This document shows positions 38,274 through 47,652 of a stretch of DNA of 64,000 nucleotides, piece after piece. The notes under the pieces were generated by a model. The model ran no database searches. It was given only the letters and a program-made list of their open reading frames with translations, and was not told the origin of the DNA. A program made the translations under genes and the position numbers. The DNA comes from a bacterium (lineage in GTDB: Bacteria > Patescibacteriota > Saccharimonadia > Saccharimonadales > AWTP1-31), in contig JAUHZB010000002.1 in the NCBI GenBank assembly GCA_030426125.1, forward strand, positions 67,633 to 131,632, written 5' to 3'. The first letter of the stretch is position 1, and the number at the start of each line of letters is the position of its first letter.

Positions 38274-38735
38274 CTAGTCTTTATGGTACAGTTGGCCTTC
38301 AGTTATCTTAACAGGTATCTCTGGAATTTCTGTCATCATTGCGCGTCCAATATCTTTAAAATTGCGGCTGAGCGGGTGGTTGCAAAAATAGTCTCCAGTT
38401 TCTTCATCCTTAGGGGTTGGTTCCGTTGTACATTCCTCAAGTTCGGCTAGAGACTTTATCATACTAATAGCATCTTTACGAGCTGTTTTTTCACCCCAAA
38501 GTTCTCCAAGTTCTTCAGTCTTTTTTTTGATTTTCCTAAGATTTTCTCGGGTTGGGCATGTAGCACACAGGCCTTCTTGTGCTGTGGGCTCTTGTTCTGG
38601 AGATTTTTTTGCTTTTTTTCCTGAAGATTTGTCTTTTATTCTCCTCCCAGGTGTAAACCCTTGGTCTCTCCATGTACCAACTGGCGCCACAGAATTTGAT
38701 CCAATTCCGACTGGGGGTCTCCACTCTCTACTCAT
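38274..38735 (-). CDS. Hypothetical protein with CxxC and two further Cys
   Basis: ORF track; CAGGAG SD; CATCP. Confidence 0.55.
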   Translation of the reverse strand: MSREWRPPVGIGSNSVAPVGTWRDQGFTPGRRIKDKSSGKKAKKSPEQEPTAQEGLCATCPTRENLRKIKKKTEELGELWGEKTARKDAISMIKSLAELEECTTEPTPKDEETGDYFCNHPLSRNFKDIGRAMMTEIPEIPVKITEGQLYHKD

Positions 38736-38780
38736 AACATCTCCTGTATTAATTGCAATGTGAGTAATTCTACAATAAAT

Positions 38781-39032
38781 CTATGGCCTAGGCAACTTTA
38801 CGTCTGTTTGCTTGGCCATAGCGATTAATTCTGCGTTAACAATTAATAACTTGTCTTCTAGCGATCTTTTACTGAACGATTCGTCAGTTGTACTTGCAGA
38901 TTAGCGATCGGAAAGTATTTCATAGATTTCTTTAACATCATTTGAAAGAGTCTCAACAGAACCTCTCAGCGGCATCAGCTCGTCTGAAATAATTTGTCTA
39001 ATATCTTGAAGATCGTCGGATGATAAACTCAT
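38781..39032 (-). pseudogene. Small helical-protein gene interrupted by an in-frame TAA
   Basis: MSLSSDDLQDIRQIISDELMPLRGSVETLSNDVKEIYEILSDR*SASTTDESFSKRSLEDKLLIVNAELIAMAKQTDVKLPRP*; internal stop at 38903-38901. Confidence 0.6.
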
Positions 39033-39061
39033 ATGTACAGTGTATCATTTCAAAATAGTGT

Positions 39062-39091
39062 AAAAAAAGACCCGGATTTCTCCGGGCCTTT
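39062..39091 (-). terminator. Intrinsic terminator after tuf
   Basis: AAAGGCCCGGA-GAAA-TCCGGGTCTTTTTTT. Confidence 0.85.
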
Positions 39092-39111
39092 ACTTAAGCT
39101 TGGTTGCTAGA

Positions 39112-40296
39112 TTATTTACTAATCTTGGTAACAACACCAGCACCTACGGTTCGACCACCTTCACGGATAGCGAATCGAAGTCCTTGTTCCATAGCAATTG
39201 GAGCAAGTAGTTTTACCTTGAAAGTGACAGTGTCACCAGGCATAACCATTTCTTTGTCAGCTGGTAGTTCAACTTCTCCGGTCACGTCAGTGGTTCGGAA
39301 GTAGAACTGTGGCTTATATCCCTTGAAGAAAGGAGTATGTCGTCCACCTTCTTCTTTGGTTAGGATATATACTTCAGCGTCAAATTCGGTGTGTGGAGTA
39401 ACTGATCCTGGCTTAGCAAGAACCTGTCCACGTTCGATGTCGTCACGCTCAATTCCTCGAAGTAGGATACCAACGTTATCTCCAGCTTGTCCTTGGTCAA
39501 GATTCTTCTTGAACATTTCAACGCCAGTAACAGTAGACTTAGTAGTCTTCTTAATACCTACGATTTCGACTTCTTCACCAACCTTAACAACACCTTGTTC
39601 AACACGACCAGTAGCAACGGTACCACGACCTTTAATGCTGAATACATCTTCAATAGGCATTAGGAAAGATTTGTCTAGTTCACGCTTTGGTTCTGGGATG
39701 TAGTCATCCATAGCCTTAACTAGTTCCATGATAGCTTCTTCATCTTCTGCAGAACCATCAAGAGCCTTCGTGGCTGATCCCTTGATGATAGGAGCGTTTT
39801 CGTCAAAACCATTCTTAGATAGTAGTTCACGAATATCCATTTCAACTAGTTCAACTAGCTCTGGGTCGGCAAGGTCCATTTTGTTCATGAATACGATGAT
39901 GCTTGGTACACCAACCTGCTTTGCAAGAAGAACGTGTTCACGAGTTTGTGGCAATGGTCCGTCATTTGCACCAACAACTAGGATAGCGCCGTCAATTTGA
40001 GCAGCACCGGTAATCATGTTCTTAACATAGTCGGCGTGTCCTGGCATATCTACGTGAGCGTAGTGACGCTTTTCACTTTCGTATTCCTGGTGAGAAGTAG
40101 CGATGGTTATACCACGAGCCTTTTCTTCAGGTGCGTTGTCGATTTGGTCATAAGCGACCAACTTGTTGACATCGCTAGGTAGCTTCTTAGCTAGTACTGA
40201 AGTAATAGCAGCTGTTAGTGTTGTTTTTCCATGGTCAACGTGTCCCATGGTACCGACGTTTACGTGCGGTTTGCTTCGATCAAAATTGTCTGCCAT
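39112..40296 (-). CDS. tuf: Elongation factor Tu
   Basis: [30 protein letters not shown]. Confidence 0.98.
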   Translation of the reverse strand: MADNFDRSKPHVNVGTMGHVDHGKTTLTAAITSVLAKKLPSDVNKLVAYDQIDNAPEEKARGITIATSHQEYESEKRHYAHVDMPGHADYVKNMITGAAQIDGAILVVGANDGPLPQTREHVLLAKQVGVPSIIVFMNKMDLADPELVELVEMDIRELLSKNGFDENAPIIKGSATKALDGSAEDEEAIMELVKAMDDYIPEPKRELDKSFLMPIEDVFSIKGRGTVATGRVEQGVVKVGEEVEIVGIKKTTKSTVTGVEMFKKNLDQGQAGDNVGILLRGIERDDIERGQVLAKPGSVTPHTEFDAEVYILTKEEGGRHTPFFKGYKPQFYFRTTDVTGEVELPADKEMVMPGDTVTFKVKLLAPIAMEQGLRFAIREGGRTVGAGVVTKISK

Positions 40297-40419
40297 ATGG
40301 TTAGACTCCTATTTATTGAATTACAAATTATTAAATATTTCTTGCATTAGGTTACAGAACCCATGCGAGTTACCGATATATATTATCTAAATCGTAACTG
40401 TTTGTAAAGTGTTTATTTG

Positions 40420-42504
40420 TTATTTTGTGTTGCTTGCAATGATCGCTTCAGCGACGTGATTTGGTACGTCAGCATAGTGATCTAGTTCCATGCTAGAGCT
40501 AGCTCGTCCCTGGGTTGTGCTACGTAGGTTGGTAGTGTAGCCAAACATTTCTCCAAGTGGTACGAAAGCGGTGATTTCTTTTACGCCAGCGCTAAGGTCT
40601 TCCATTGATTCAATACGACCACGTTTACTGTTTAGGTCACCAATTACATCACCCATGAATTCTTCTGGAGTTACAACCACTACTTTCATGACTGGCTCCA
40701 TTAGCACAGCATTGGCGTTTTTAACACCAGCCTGAAGGGCCATGCTACCAGCAATCTTGAAGGCCATTTCATTAGAGTCAACATCGTGGAAACTTCCATC
40801 GTATAGCTCGGCCTTAATGTCTACGACTGGGTATCCAGCCAACACACCGTTAGCCATGGCTTCTTTAATACCTTCAGATACTGGCTTAATATATTCACTA
40901 GGGATCACACCGCCTTTAATTGAGTTAATGAACTCAAAACCTTCACCAGATTCATTCTGGCTAAGTCGGATCCAGACATGACCGTACTGACCACGTCCAC
41001 CAGATTGTTTAATGAACTTACCTTCAGCTTCAACAGCATCTTTCCTAATTGTTTCACGGTAAGCAACTTGTGGTTGACCAATATTAGCTTCAACTTTGAA
41101 CTCACGTTTCATTCTATCTACTAGAATTTCTAGGTGAAGCTCACCCATACCGCTAATAATGGTTTGTCCGGTCTCATCGTCAACCTTAACCCTAAAAGTA
41201 GGATCCTCTTCAGCTAGACGTTGCAGAGCGGTGCTCATCTTTTCCTGGTCCGCTTTAGTCTTCGGCTCAATAGCAATACTTACTGGTGGTTCAGGGAAAG
41301 TAATGCTTTCTAGAATGATTGGTTTGCTTTGTTCACAAAGCGTATCACCAGTTGTCGTTCCTTTTAGACCCACGATAGCAGCGATATCTCCAGCATCTAC
41401 CTCGTCTACTTCTTCACGCTTGTCAGCTTGCATTCGTACAATACGCCCGACACGTTCTTTTTCACCAGTTGAGCTATTAAGTACATAACTACCAGATTTT
41501 AGTTTTCCAGAATATACCCGGAAGTAAGCTAGCTTACCAACGAAAGGATCAGTTGCGATCTTGAAGGCTAGGCCAGCAAATGGTTCAGCTACATCTGGTT
41601 TTCGTTCCAGCTTATCGCCAGATTTTGGATCAGTTCCCCAGTTGGAGCCACGATCTACTGGGCTAGGCAGTAGTTCGTTTACTAGATCTAGGATCTTCTC
41701 AACAATTACACCACGACCGTCTCCACCAGTTACGGCAAAGAAGTTTGAGGTAAGAACTGCGCTTCGAATAGCTTGTTTAATTTCTTCTTCACTAAGGCCG
41801 TCTTCACCAACTTCGAAGTATTTCTCAAGCATCGCTTCGTCTTCGGCCACGGCATTTTCTATAAGTAGGCTTCGGTATTTCTTAACCTTATCCAGCATAT
41901 CCTCAGGTATTTCACCCTCAATTAGGGTTTTATCTGTGAATTCTTTGTAGGTGTAGGCTTTCATAGAAACTAGGTCGACTACTCCATTAATGCCTTGTTC
42001 GAAGCCAATTGGCAGGTGGATTGGGAAAGCCCGTTTATTAAGACGAGCATGAATAGTATCTAGTGACTTATAGAAATCTCCACCAGTTTGGTTGATCTTG
42101 TTAATAAAACAAATACGTGGAACATTATATTTGTCAGCTTGGCGCCAAACAGTTTCAGACTGCGATTCTACACCCATTTTACCGTCAAATACTACGATAG
42201 CACCGTCAAGAACACGCAATGAGCGTTCTACTTCAACTGTAAAGTCGATGTGCCCTGGTGTATCGATGATGTTGATCTGGTGATCTTTCCAATAACAAGA
42301 AACAGCGGCAGACACAATAGTAATACCACGTTCACGTTCTTGGGCCATCCAGTCAGTAGTTGTTTCACCGTCATGAACAGCACCAATTTTGTGCTTTAGC
42401 CCAGTACGATACAGAATTCCTTCTGTAGTTGTAGTCTTACCAGCATCAATGTGTGCGATAATTCCGATGTTTCTAATCTTGCCTAGTGGGTATTTTTTTG
42501 CCAT
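40420..42504 (-). CDS. fusA: Elongation factor G
   Basis: [37 protein letters not shown]; str-operon position. Confidence 0.97.
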   Translation of the reverse strand: MAKKYPLGKIRNIGIIAHIDAGKTTTTEGILYRTGLKHKIGAVHDGETTTDWMAQERERGITIVSAAVSCYWKDHQINIIDTPGHIDFTVEVERSLRVLDGAIVVFDGKMGVESQSETVWRQADKYNVPRICFINKINQTGGDFYKSLDTIHARLNKRAFPIHLPIGFEQGINGVVDLVSMKAYTYKEFTDKTLIEGEIPEDMLDKVKKYRSLLIENAVAEDEAMLEKYFEVGEDGLSEEEIKQAIRSAVLTSNFFAVTGGDGRGVIVEKILDLVNELLPSPVDRGSNWGTDPKSGDKLERKPDVAEPFAGLAFKIATDPFVGKLAYFRVYSGKLKSGSYVLNSSTGEKERVGRIVRMQADKREEVDEVDAGDIAAIVGLKGTTTGDTLCEQSKPIILESITFPEPPVSIAIEPKTKADQEKMSTALQRLAEEDPTFRVKVDDETGQTIISGMGELHLEILVDRMKREFKVEANIGQPQVAYRETIRKDAVEAEGKFIKQSGGRGQYGHVWIRLSQNESGEGFEFINSIKGGVIPSEYIKPVSEGIKEAMANGVLAGYPVVDIKAELYDGSFHDVDSNEMAFKIAGSMALQAGVKNANAVLMEPVMKVVVVTPEEFMGDVIGDLNSKRGRIESMEDLSAGVKEITAFVPLGEMFGYTTNLRSTTQGRASSSMELDHYADVPNHVAEAIIASNTK

Positions 42505-42517
42505 TTATTGTTCCTTA

Positions 42518-42814
42518 TTAAACTGCACCTTCATGCATTTTTATTAATTCTTGGTCAGTGAACATTACTCTTACTAATGCACCGCCTAGCCTTTGGTATT
42601 CTTCACTCATAGTTTCTAGTACTGTTCTGTCGTTTGCAATTTCCAGGGCAACTGGTTTATAGCTAGGGTTAGCAAAATAAGGATTTTCGCGTAAATAGTC
42701 TGCCCAGCTTGCTGGCTGAGGTCGATCCTGACCTTGTAATGGAAACAAACTAAAGGCATCCGGTAGCATGCCTAACATTTCTCTTGTTGCTGATGCCGTG
42801 TCATGTAGTTGCAT
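42518..42814 (-). CDS. Orphan hypothetical protein between rpsG and fusA
   Basis: ORF fills the gap exactly (2 nt after the rpsG stop, 13 nt before the fusA start). Confidence 0.6.
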   Translation of the reverse strand: MQLHDTASATREMLGMLPDAFSLFPLQGQDRPQPASWADYLRENPYFANPSYKPVALEIANDRTVLETMSEEYQRLGGALVRVMFTDQELIKMHEGAV

Positions 42815-42816
42815 TG

Positions 42817-43296
42817 CTAGAACCTTGCAAAGTGAGCAAATGCTCGGTTAGCATCGGCCATCTTATGAACATCTTCACGTTTCTTAACAGCACTACCAGC
42901 ACCGTTGTAGGCTTCAACTAGTTCAGCTGCAATTTTATCTTCCATAGAGATGCCTTTGCGTGAACGAGCAGCAGCTACGAACCACATGATTGTTAGGTGG
43001 TTTTGGCGTTGACCTTTTACTTCAAAAGGGATCTGGTAGTTAGCGCCACCAACTCGTCGTGAACGGGTTTCGACGTGTGGTCGAATGTTTTTCAGAGCTT
43101 GATCAAAAACGTCTAGTGGATTATCTATCTTTAATTTTTTAGCGGCTTTTTGCATTCCACCGTAGACCAATCTTTCGGCTAGCTGTTTCTTACCGTTTAG
43201 CATTACTCGGTTAATTACTTTTTGAACCATGACGCTGTTGTATACACGGTCAGGTTGGATATCTCGAACTAAGGCTTTAGTTACTTTACGAGGCAT
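42817..43296 (-). CDS. rpsG: 30S ribosomal protein uS7
   Basis: GKK, RRVGGANYQIP, HKMADANRAFAH. Confidence 0.97.
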   Translation of the reverse strand: MPRKVTKALVRDIQPDRVYNSVMVQKVINRVMLNGKKQLAERLVYGGMQKAAKKLKIDNPLDVFDQALKNIRPHVETRSRRVGGANYQIPFEVKGQRQNHLTIMWFVAAARSRKGISMEDKIAAELVEAYNGAGSAVKKREDVHKMADANRAFAHFARF

Positions 43297-43709
43297 TATT
43301 TACTCGCTTTCTTGGTGCCGTACTTAGAGCGACTCTTTTTACGGTCACTAACACCTTGAAGGTCAAATGAACCTCGCACGATATGGTAACGAACACCAGG
43401 AAGGTCTTTTACTCGACCACCACGGATCAACACAACGGCGTGTTCTTGAAGGTTATGACCTTCTCCGCCAATGTAAGCCCAAACTTCGTGACCGTTAGTT
43501 AGACGAACACGAGCAACTTTACGAAGTGCTGAGTTTGGTTTCTTTGGTGTTTTGGTGGTTACTTTGACACAAACCCCACGCTTGAATGGTGAAGGCTTTT
43601 CATAGTTGCGAGTTTTTAGGTTATTTACCACGCGCTGAAGATGTGGTGACTTAGACTTCTTAGTCGCCTTGGCTCGTGGCTTTCTTACTAATTGATTAAT
43701 TGTTGGCAA
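43296..43709 (-). CDS. rpsL: 30S ribosomal protein uS12 (TTG start)
   Basis: [30 protein letters not shown]. Confidence 0.98.
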   Translation of the reverse strand: MPTINQLVRKPRAKATKKSKSPHLQRVVNNLKTRNYEKPSPFKRGVCVKVTTKTPKKPNSALRKVARVRLTNGHEVWAYIGGEGHNLQEHAVVLIRGGRVKDLPGVRYHIVRGSFDLQGVSDRKKSRSKYGTKKASK

Positions 43710-43830
43710 TTCTTTTCTTCCTTAAATTTAGGGAGATTGCTAGCGTTTATGATCAGCACGGTCTATAAACCCTAGCATCTACCTCTTATGTTTACTAATT
43801 GAAACTCTGGACAATATTCTAACAGATTAA

Positions 43831-46800
43831 CTATATCGCTGCAACCTCTTGGATGGCCTCATCTTCAACTTCCACCTCAGCTTCAGGGTCCTCAAAACCG
43901 GTTCCAACTGGTATGCGCCGTCCTAGAATTACGTTTTCTTTTAGACCGTAAAGTTGATCTACTTTACCGCTAGTAGCAGCTGCTATAAGGACACGAGTGG
44001 TGTCTTGGAAGCTGGCAGCACTTAGGAAGGAGTCGGTAGATAGTGAGGCTTTAGTGATACCAAGTAGCAATTGGTCATATTTAGCAGGCTTCTTGTTTGC
44101 CTTAACTAGGGCTTCATTAGCCTCAGCTACGGCTAGCTTACTAACAATATCTCCAGTTACGAAGTCACTATCGGCAGCATCTTCGATTTGAACTCGGCTA
44201 AACATCTGACGAACAATGATCTCAAGGTGCTTATCGGCAATGTTTTGTCCCTGTGAAGCAAAGATACTCAAGATTTCATTCATGATGTAGCGTTGGGTAG
44301 CTTCTACACCTTTTAGTTCAATCAGTTCATGTAGATTTATTGAACCGTTGGTTAGAAGATCACCGGCTTTAACCTTGTCGCCATCATTGACTACAACCTG
44401 CTTGAAGTTTGGAATTTCGTACTTAACAACACTTTGCTTAGCTGGTGTTATTATTACCTGCTTATCGGTAATCTCGGCAGTTCCAGCAATTGGTGATATT
44501 AGCGGATTAGCGCCGTCATCGTTGGCAGCTACTACATCGCCAATAGCAATTTCACTTCCGCTAGCAATTTGTGGGGTTCGGCCCTTTAGCGACAATTCTT
44601 TCTTGCTGTTTTTGTCGGTAGTAATCTGAACTACATACTTGTTGCCGTCTTCCCAGGTGCTGACAGTTCCGTCAATCTCAGCTAAGAAGGCTTGACCTTT
44701 TGGAGTCCGGACTTCAAACAACTCTTCTACACGTGGTAGACCGGTAGTAATGTCATCTCCAGCGACACCTCCTGAGTGGAAGGTCTTTAGAGTTAACTGG
44801 GTACCTGGCTCACCGATACTCTGTGCAGCAATCACACCGATTGGGTGATGTTGGGCCACTAGCTTACCGGTAGCAGGGTCAATTCCGTAAGATTTACGGC
44901 CGACACCACGTACACTTGTGCTACTTAGGGCGCTCATTATTTTTACGCCATCAATTTTACTATCTGCTTCAATCTTCTCAGCAATTTCGGCAGTTATTAG
45001 TTCACCGCGTTTGACATATTTAGCGACGTCTTCAGCAGCAAAACGACCACGAAGTCTTGAGCTGTATGGAACACCAATGACTTCAGCGTCAGAGCGGAAG
45101 ATTGCAAAGCCTGGATCATCTTCATCCTCATCGATAGTGAAGACATCTTGAGAGACATCGACTAGACGACGGGTTAGGTAACCAGAGTCAGCTGTTTTAA
45201 GAGCAGTATCGATCATACCTTTTCGGGCACCACGGGTTGCGGTGAAGTATTCTAGCGGTGTAATACCACCTTTATAGTTGGAGCGAATAGGTAACTCAAT
45301 AGCCTTACCAGTGGCGTCGGTCTGTAGACCTAGCATACCAACGGCGGTCATAACCTGACCAATGTTTCCACGAGCACCAGACACAACAGCGATAGACATT
45401 GAACTATCTTCTTTAACGAACTGATCACTAAGTTCACTTTGAACTTTGTTAACAGCGTTTTGCCAGCTCTCCACTGTTAGGCGATACCTTTCCTCTTCAG
45501 TTATTAGACCTTCGTCATACTGATCGCTAATAGTGACTGCTTTTTCTTCACCTTCATTGATCATCTGATCTAGGTTGTCGATTTCTCTAAAGTCATCCAT
45601 TCCCATAGATAGACCAGACTTGGTGGCAAATTGGAAAGCGATGTCTTTAATAGCATCAGCAATCTTAGCAGTAACCGCTTGTCCATACATGTCGTAGGCC
45701 TTAGACATAACCCCAGCAATTTTCTTCTTGGTCATTACATCATTTTGGAATGGGAAGTCTTCAGGGAATATTTCGTTGAACAGTATTCGACCTAGTGTAG
45801 AGGTTCGTTTACTGCCTCGGAAATTAACCGTAACAGGGCTCTGTAGTTGGATAGAACCTTCGTCTAGAGCCATGATAGCTTCATCTACGCTGGTGTAGTG
45901 CTTAACAGTTTCTTGAACACCAGGACGGTCATAGGTTAGGTAGTAACAACCCAGTACAATATCTTGTTCGATATGTAGAATTGGTGAACCGTCAGCTGGT
46001 TTTAGCAAGTTCATGCTGGCTGACATGATGTTCTTAGCCTCATCTTGAGCTGCATCACTTAGTGGCAAGTGAACAGCCATTTGGTCACCATCAAAGTCGG
46101 CGTTAAAGCCCTTACATACTAGAGGGTGAAGCTGAATAGCTTTTCCTTCAATCAGTACTGGTTGGAAGGCTTGAATACTTAGTCGGTGCAGACTTGGTGC
46201 TCGGTTTAGCAGTACGTACTTTCCTTTAATGACTTCATCAAGAGCGTCCCAAACTTCAGTTTCGCCAGCGTCTATCATTCGAGAGGCTGAGCGGATGTTG
46301 TGAGCGTATTCTTGAGCAATTAAATGACCAATAACGAATGGTTTAAATAGCTCTAGGGCCATCATCTTTGGAAGACCACACTGGTGGATCTTAAGCTCTG
46401 GTCCAGATACAATTACCGAACGACCAGAATAGTCGACACGTTTACCAAGTAGGTTCTGACGGAATCGACCTTGCTTCCCTTTAAGCATATCACTTAGGGA
46501 TTTTAGTCGACGTCGTTGGCCAGTAGCGGCTACTGCACGGCCAGAACGAGCGTTGTTGTTGTCAATTAAAGCGTCAACTGCCTCTTGAAGCATACGCTGT
46601 TCGTTACGACGAATTACTTCAGGAGCGTTTAGATCGATTAATTTCTTCAAGCGATTATTTCGGTTGATGACTCTTCGGTAAAGATCGTTAAGGTCACTAG
46701 TAGCGAATCGGCCACCAGTAAGTTGAACCATTGGTCGAAGATCTGGTGGGATTACTGGTAGAACAGTTACACACAGTGAGCTAGGTGTAATACCAGCTCG

Positions 46801-47652
46801 TTGCATGTTTTCTAGAAGCCTTAATCGCTTCATGATCTTCTTCTTGCGCATGCCCTTAGTTGAATCAGCTTCTTTATTTAGCTCAGCAATTACGTCTTCC
46901 AGTTTTACTTCGTCTAGTAGTTCTTTAAGAGCTGTTCCACCCATACCAACTTTTATTAGGCTACGGAATTCACTAGGAAGGTCACGGTAATCGTTTTCGC
47001 TAATAAGTTGTAGTTTGTTTAGCGAGCTTAGCTGGTTTTGAACTTCTTCAAATTCAACACTTAGTTCTTCAAGTTCTTTAGTTTGCAGTTCGGCAAGTTC
47101 TTTAATGTTGGCGTTTTCTTCTTTGCCCATAGCTTCAAAGCGAAGTTTAATAGCTTCTTTAGCTGCATTAAACTCTGCTTCACGATCAGCCATTAATTGG
47201 TCGCGCTTCTCAGTATCTACCTCTTTTATAATGTAGTTAGCAAAGTAGGCAACGCGCTCTAAGTTTTTAACTGTCATGCCCAGAACTAGACCCATGGCAC
47301 TTGGAGTTCCTCTAAGGAACCAAATATGTGCAACGGGGCTGGCTAGACTAATATGCGCCATTCGTTCACGACGTACGATGGATTTAGTAACCACTTCACC
47401 GTTTTTATCTACTGCTGCTTCGCGTGATCGAACACCTTTATATTTAGCATCATGAGGACTAATATCTTTTACTGGTCCAAAAATCCGCTCACAAAAGAGA
47501 CCATCGCGTTCTGGCTTCTGGGTTCGGTAGTTAATTGTTTCTGGTTTGGTAACTTCGCCATGTGACCAGTCTAGAATATCGCTAGGGCTGGCTACGGCTA
47601 GTCTGACTGCATCAAAGTCAGCAATATCTGTTCCTGAAGTATAGCGACGCAT
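43831..47652 (-). CDS. rpoC: RNA polymerase beta' subunit
   Basis: NADFDGDQMAVH, QSIGEPGTQLT, SFQDTTRVL. Confidence 0.98.
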   Translation of the reverse strand: MRRYTSGTDIADFDAVRLAVASPSDILDWSHGEVTKPETINYRTQKPERDGLFCERIFGPVKDISPHDAKYKGVRSREAAVDKNGEVVTKSIVRRERMAHISLASPVAHIWFLRGTPSAMGLVLGMTVKNLERVAYFANYIIKEVDTEKRDQLMADREAEFNAAKEAIKLRFEAMGKEENANIKELAELQTKELEELSVEFEEVQNQLSSLNKLQLISENDYRDLPSEFRSLIKVGMGGTALKELLDEVKLEDVIAELNKEADSTKGMRKKKIMKRLRLLENMQRAGITPSSLCVTVLPVIPPDLRPMVQLTGGRFATSDLNDLYRRVINRNNRLKKLIDLNAPEVIRRNEQRMLQEAVDALIDNNNARSGRAVAATGQRRRLKSLSDMLKGKQGRFRQNLLGKRVDYSGRSVIVSGPELKIHQCGLPKMMALELFKPFVIGHLIAQEYAHNIRSASRMIDAGETEVWDALDEVIKGKYVLLNRAPSLHRLSIQAFQPVLIEGKAIQLHPLVCKGFNADFDGDQMAVHLPLSDAAQDEAKNIMSASMNLLKPADGSPILHIEQDIVLGCYYLTYDRPGVQETVKHYTSVDEAIMALDEGSIQLQSPVTVNFRGSKRTSTLGRILFNEIFPEDFPFQNDVMTKKKIAGVMSKAYDMYGQAVTAKIADAIKDIAFQFATKSGLSMGMDDFREIDNLDQMINEGEEKAVTISDQYDEGLITEEERYRLTVESWQNAVNKVQSELSDQFVKEDSSMSIAVVSGARGNIGQVMTAVGMLGLQTDATGKAIELPIRSNYKGGITPLEYFTATRGARKGMIDTALKTADSGYLTRRLVDVSQDVFTIDEDEDDPGFAIFRSDAEVIGVPYSSRLRGRFAAEDVAKYVKRGELITAEIAEKIEADSKIDGVKIMSALSSTSVRGVGRKSYGIDPATGKLVAQHHPIGVIAAQSIGEPGTQLTLKTFHSGGVAGDDITTGLPRVEELFEVRTPKGQAFLAEIDGTVSTWEDGNKYVVQITTDKNSKKELSLKGRTPQIASGSEIAIGDVVAANDDGANPLISPIAGTAEITDKQVIITPAKQSVVKYEIPNFKQVVVNDGDKVKAGDLLTNGSINLHELIELKGVEATQRYIMNEILSIFASQGQNIADKHLEIIVRQMFSRVQIEDAADSDFVTGDIVSKLAVAEANEALVKANKKPAKYDQLLLGITKASLSTDSFLSAASFQDTTRVLIAAATSGKVDQLYGLKENVILGRRIPVGTGFEDPEAEVEVEDEAIQEVAAI

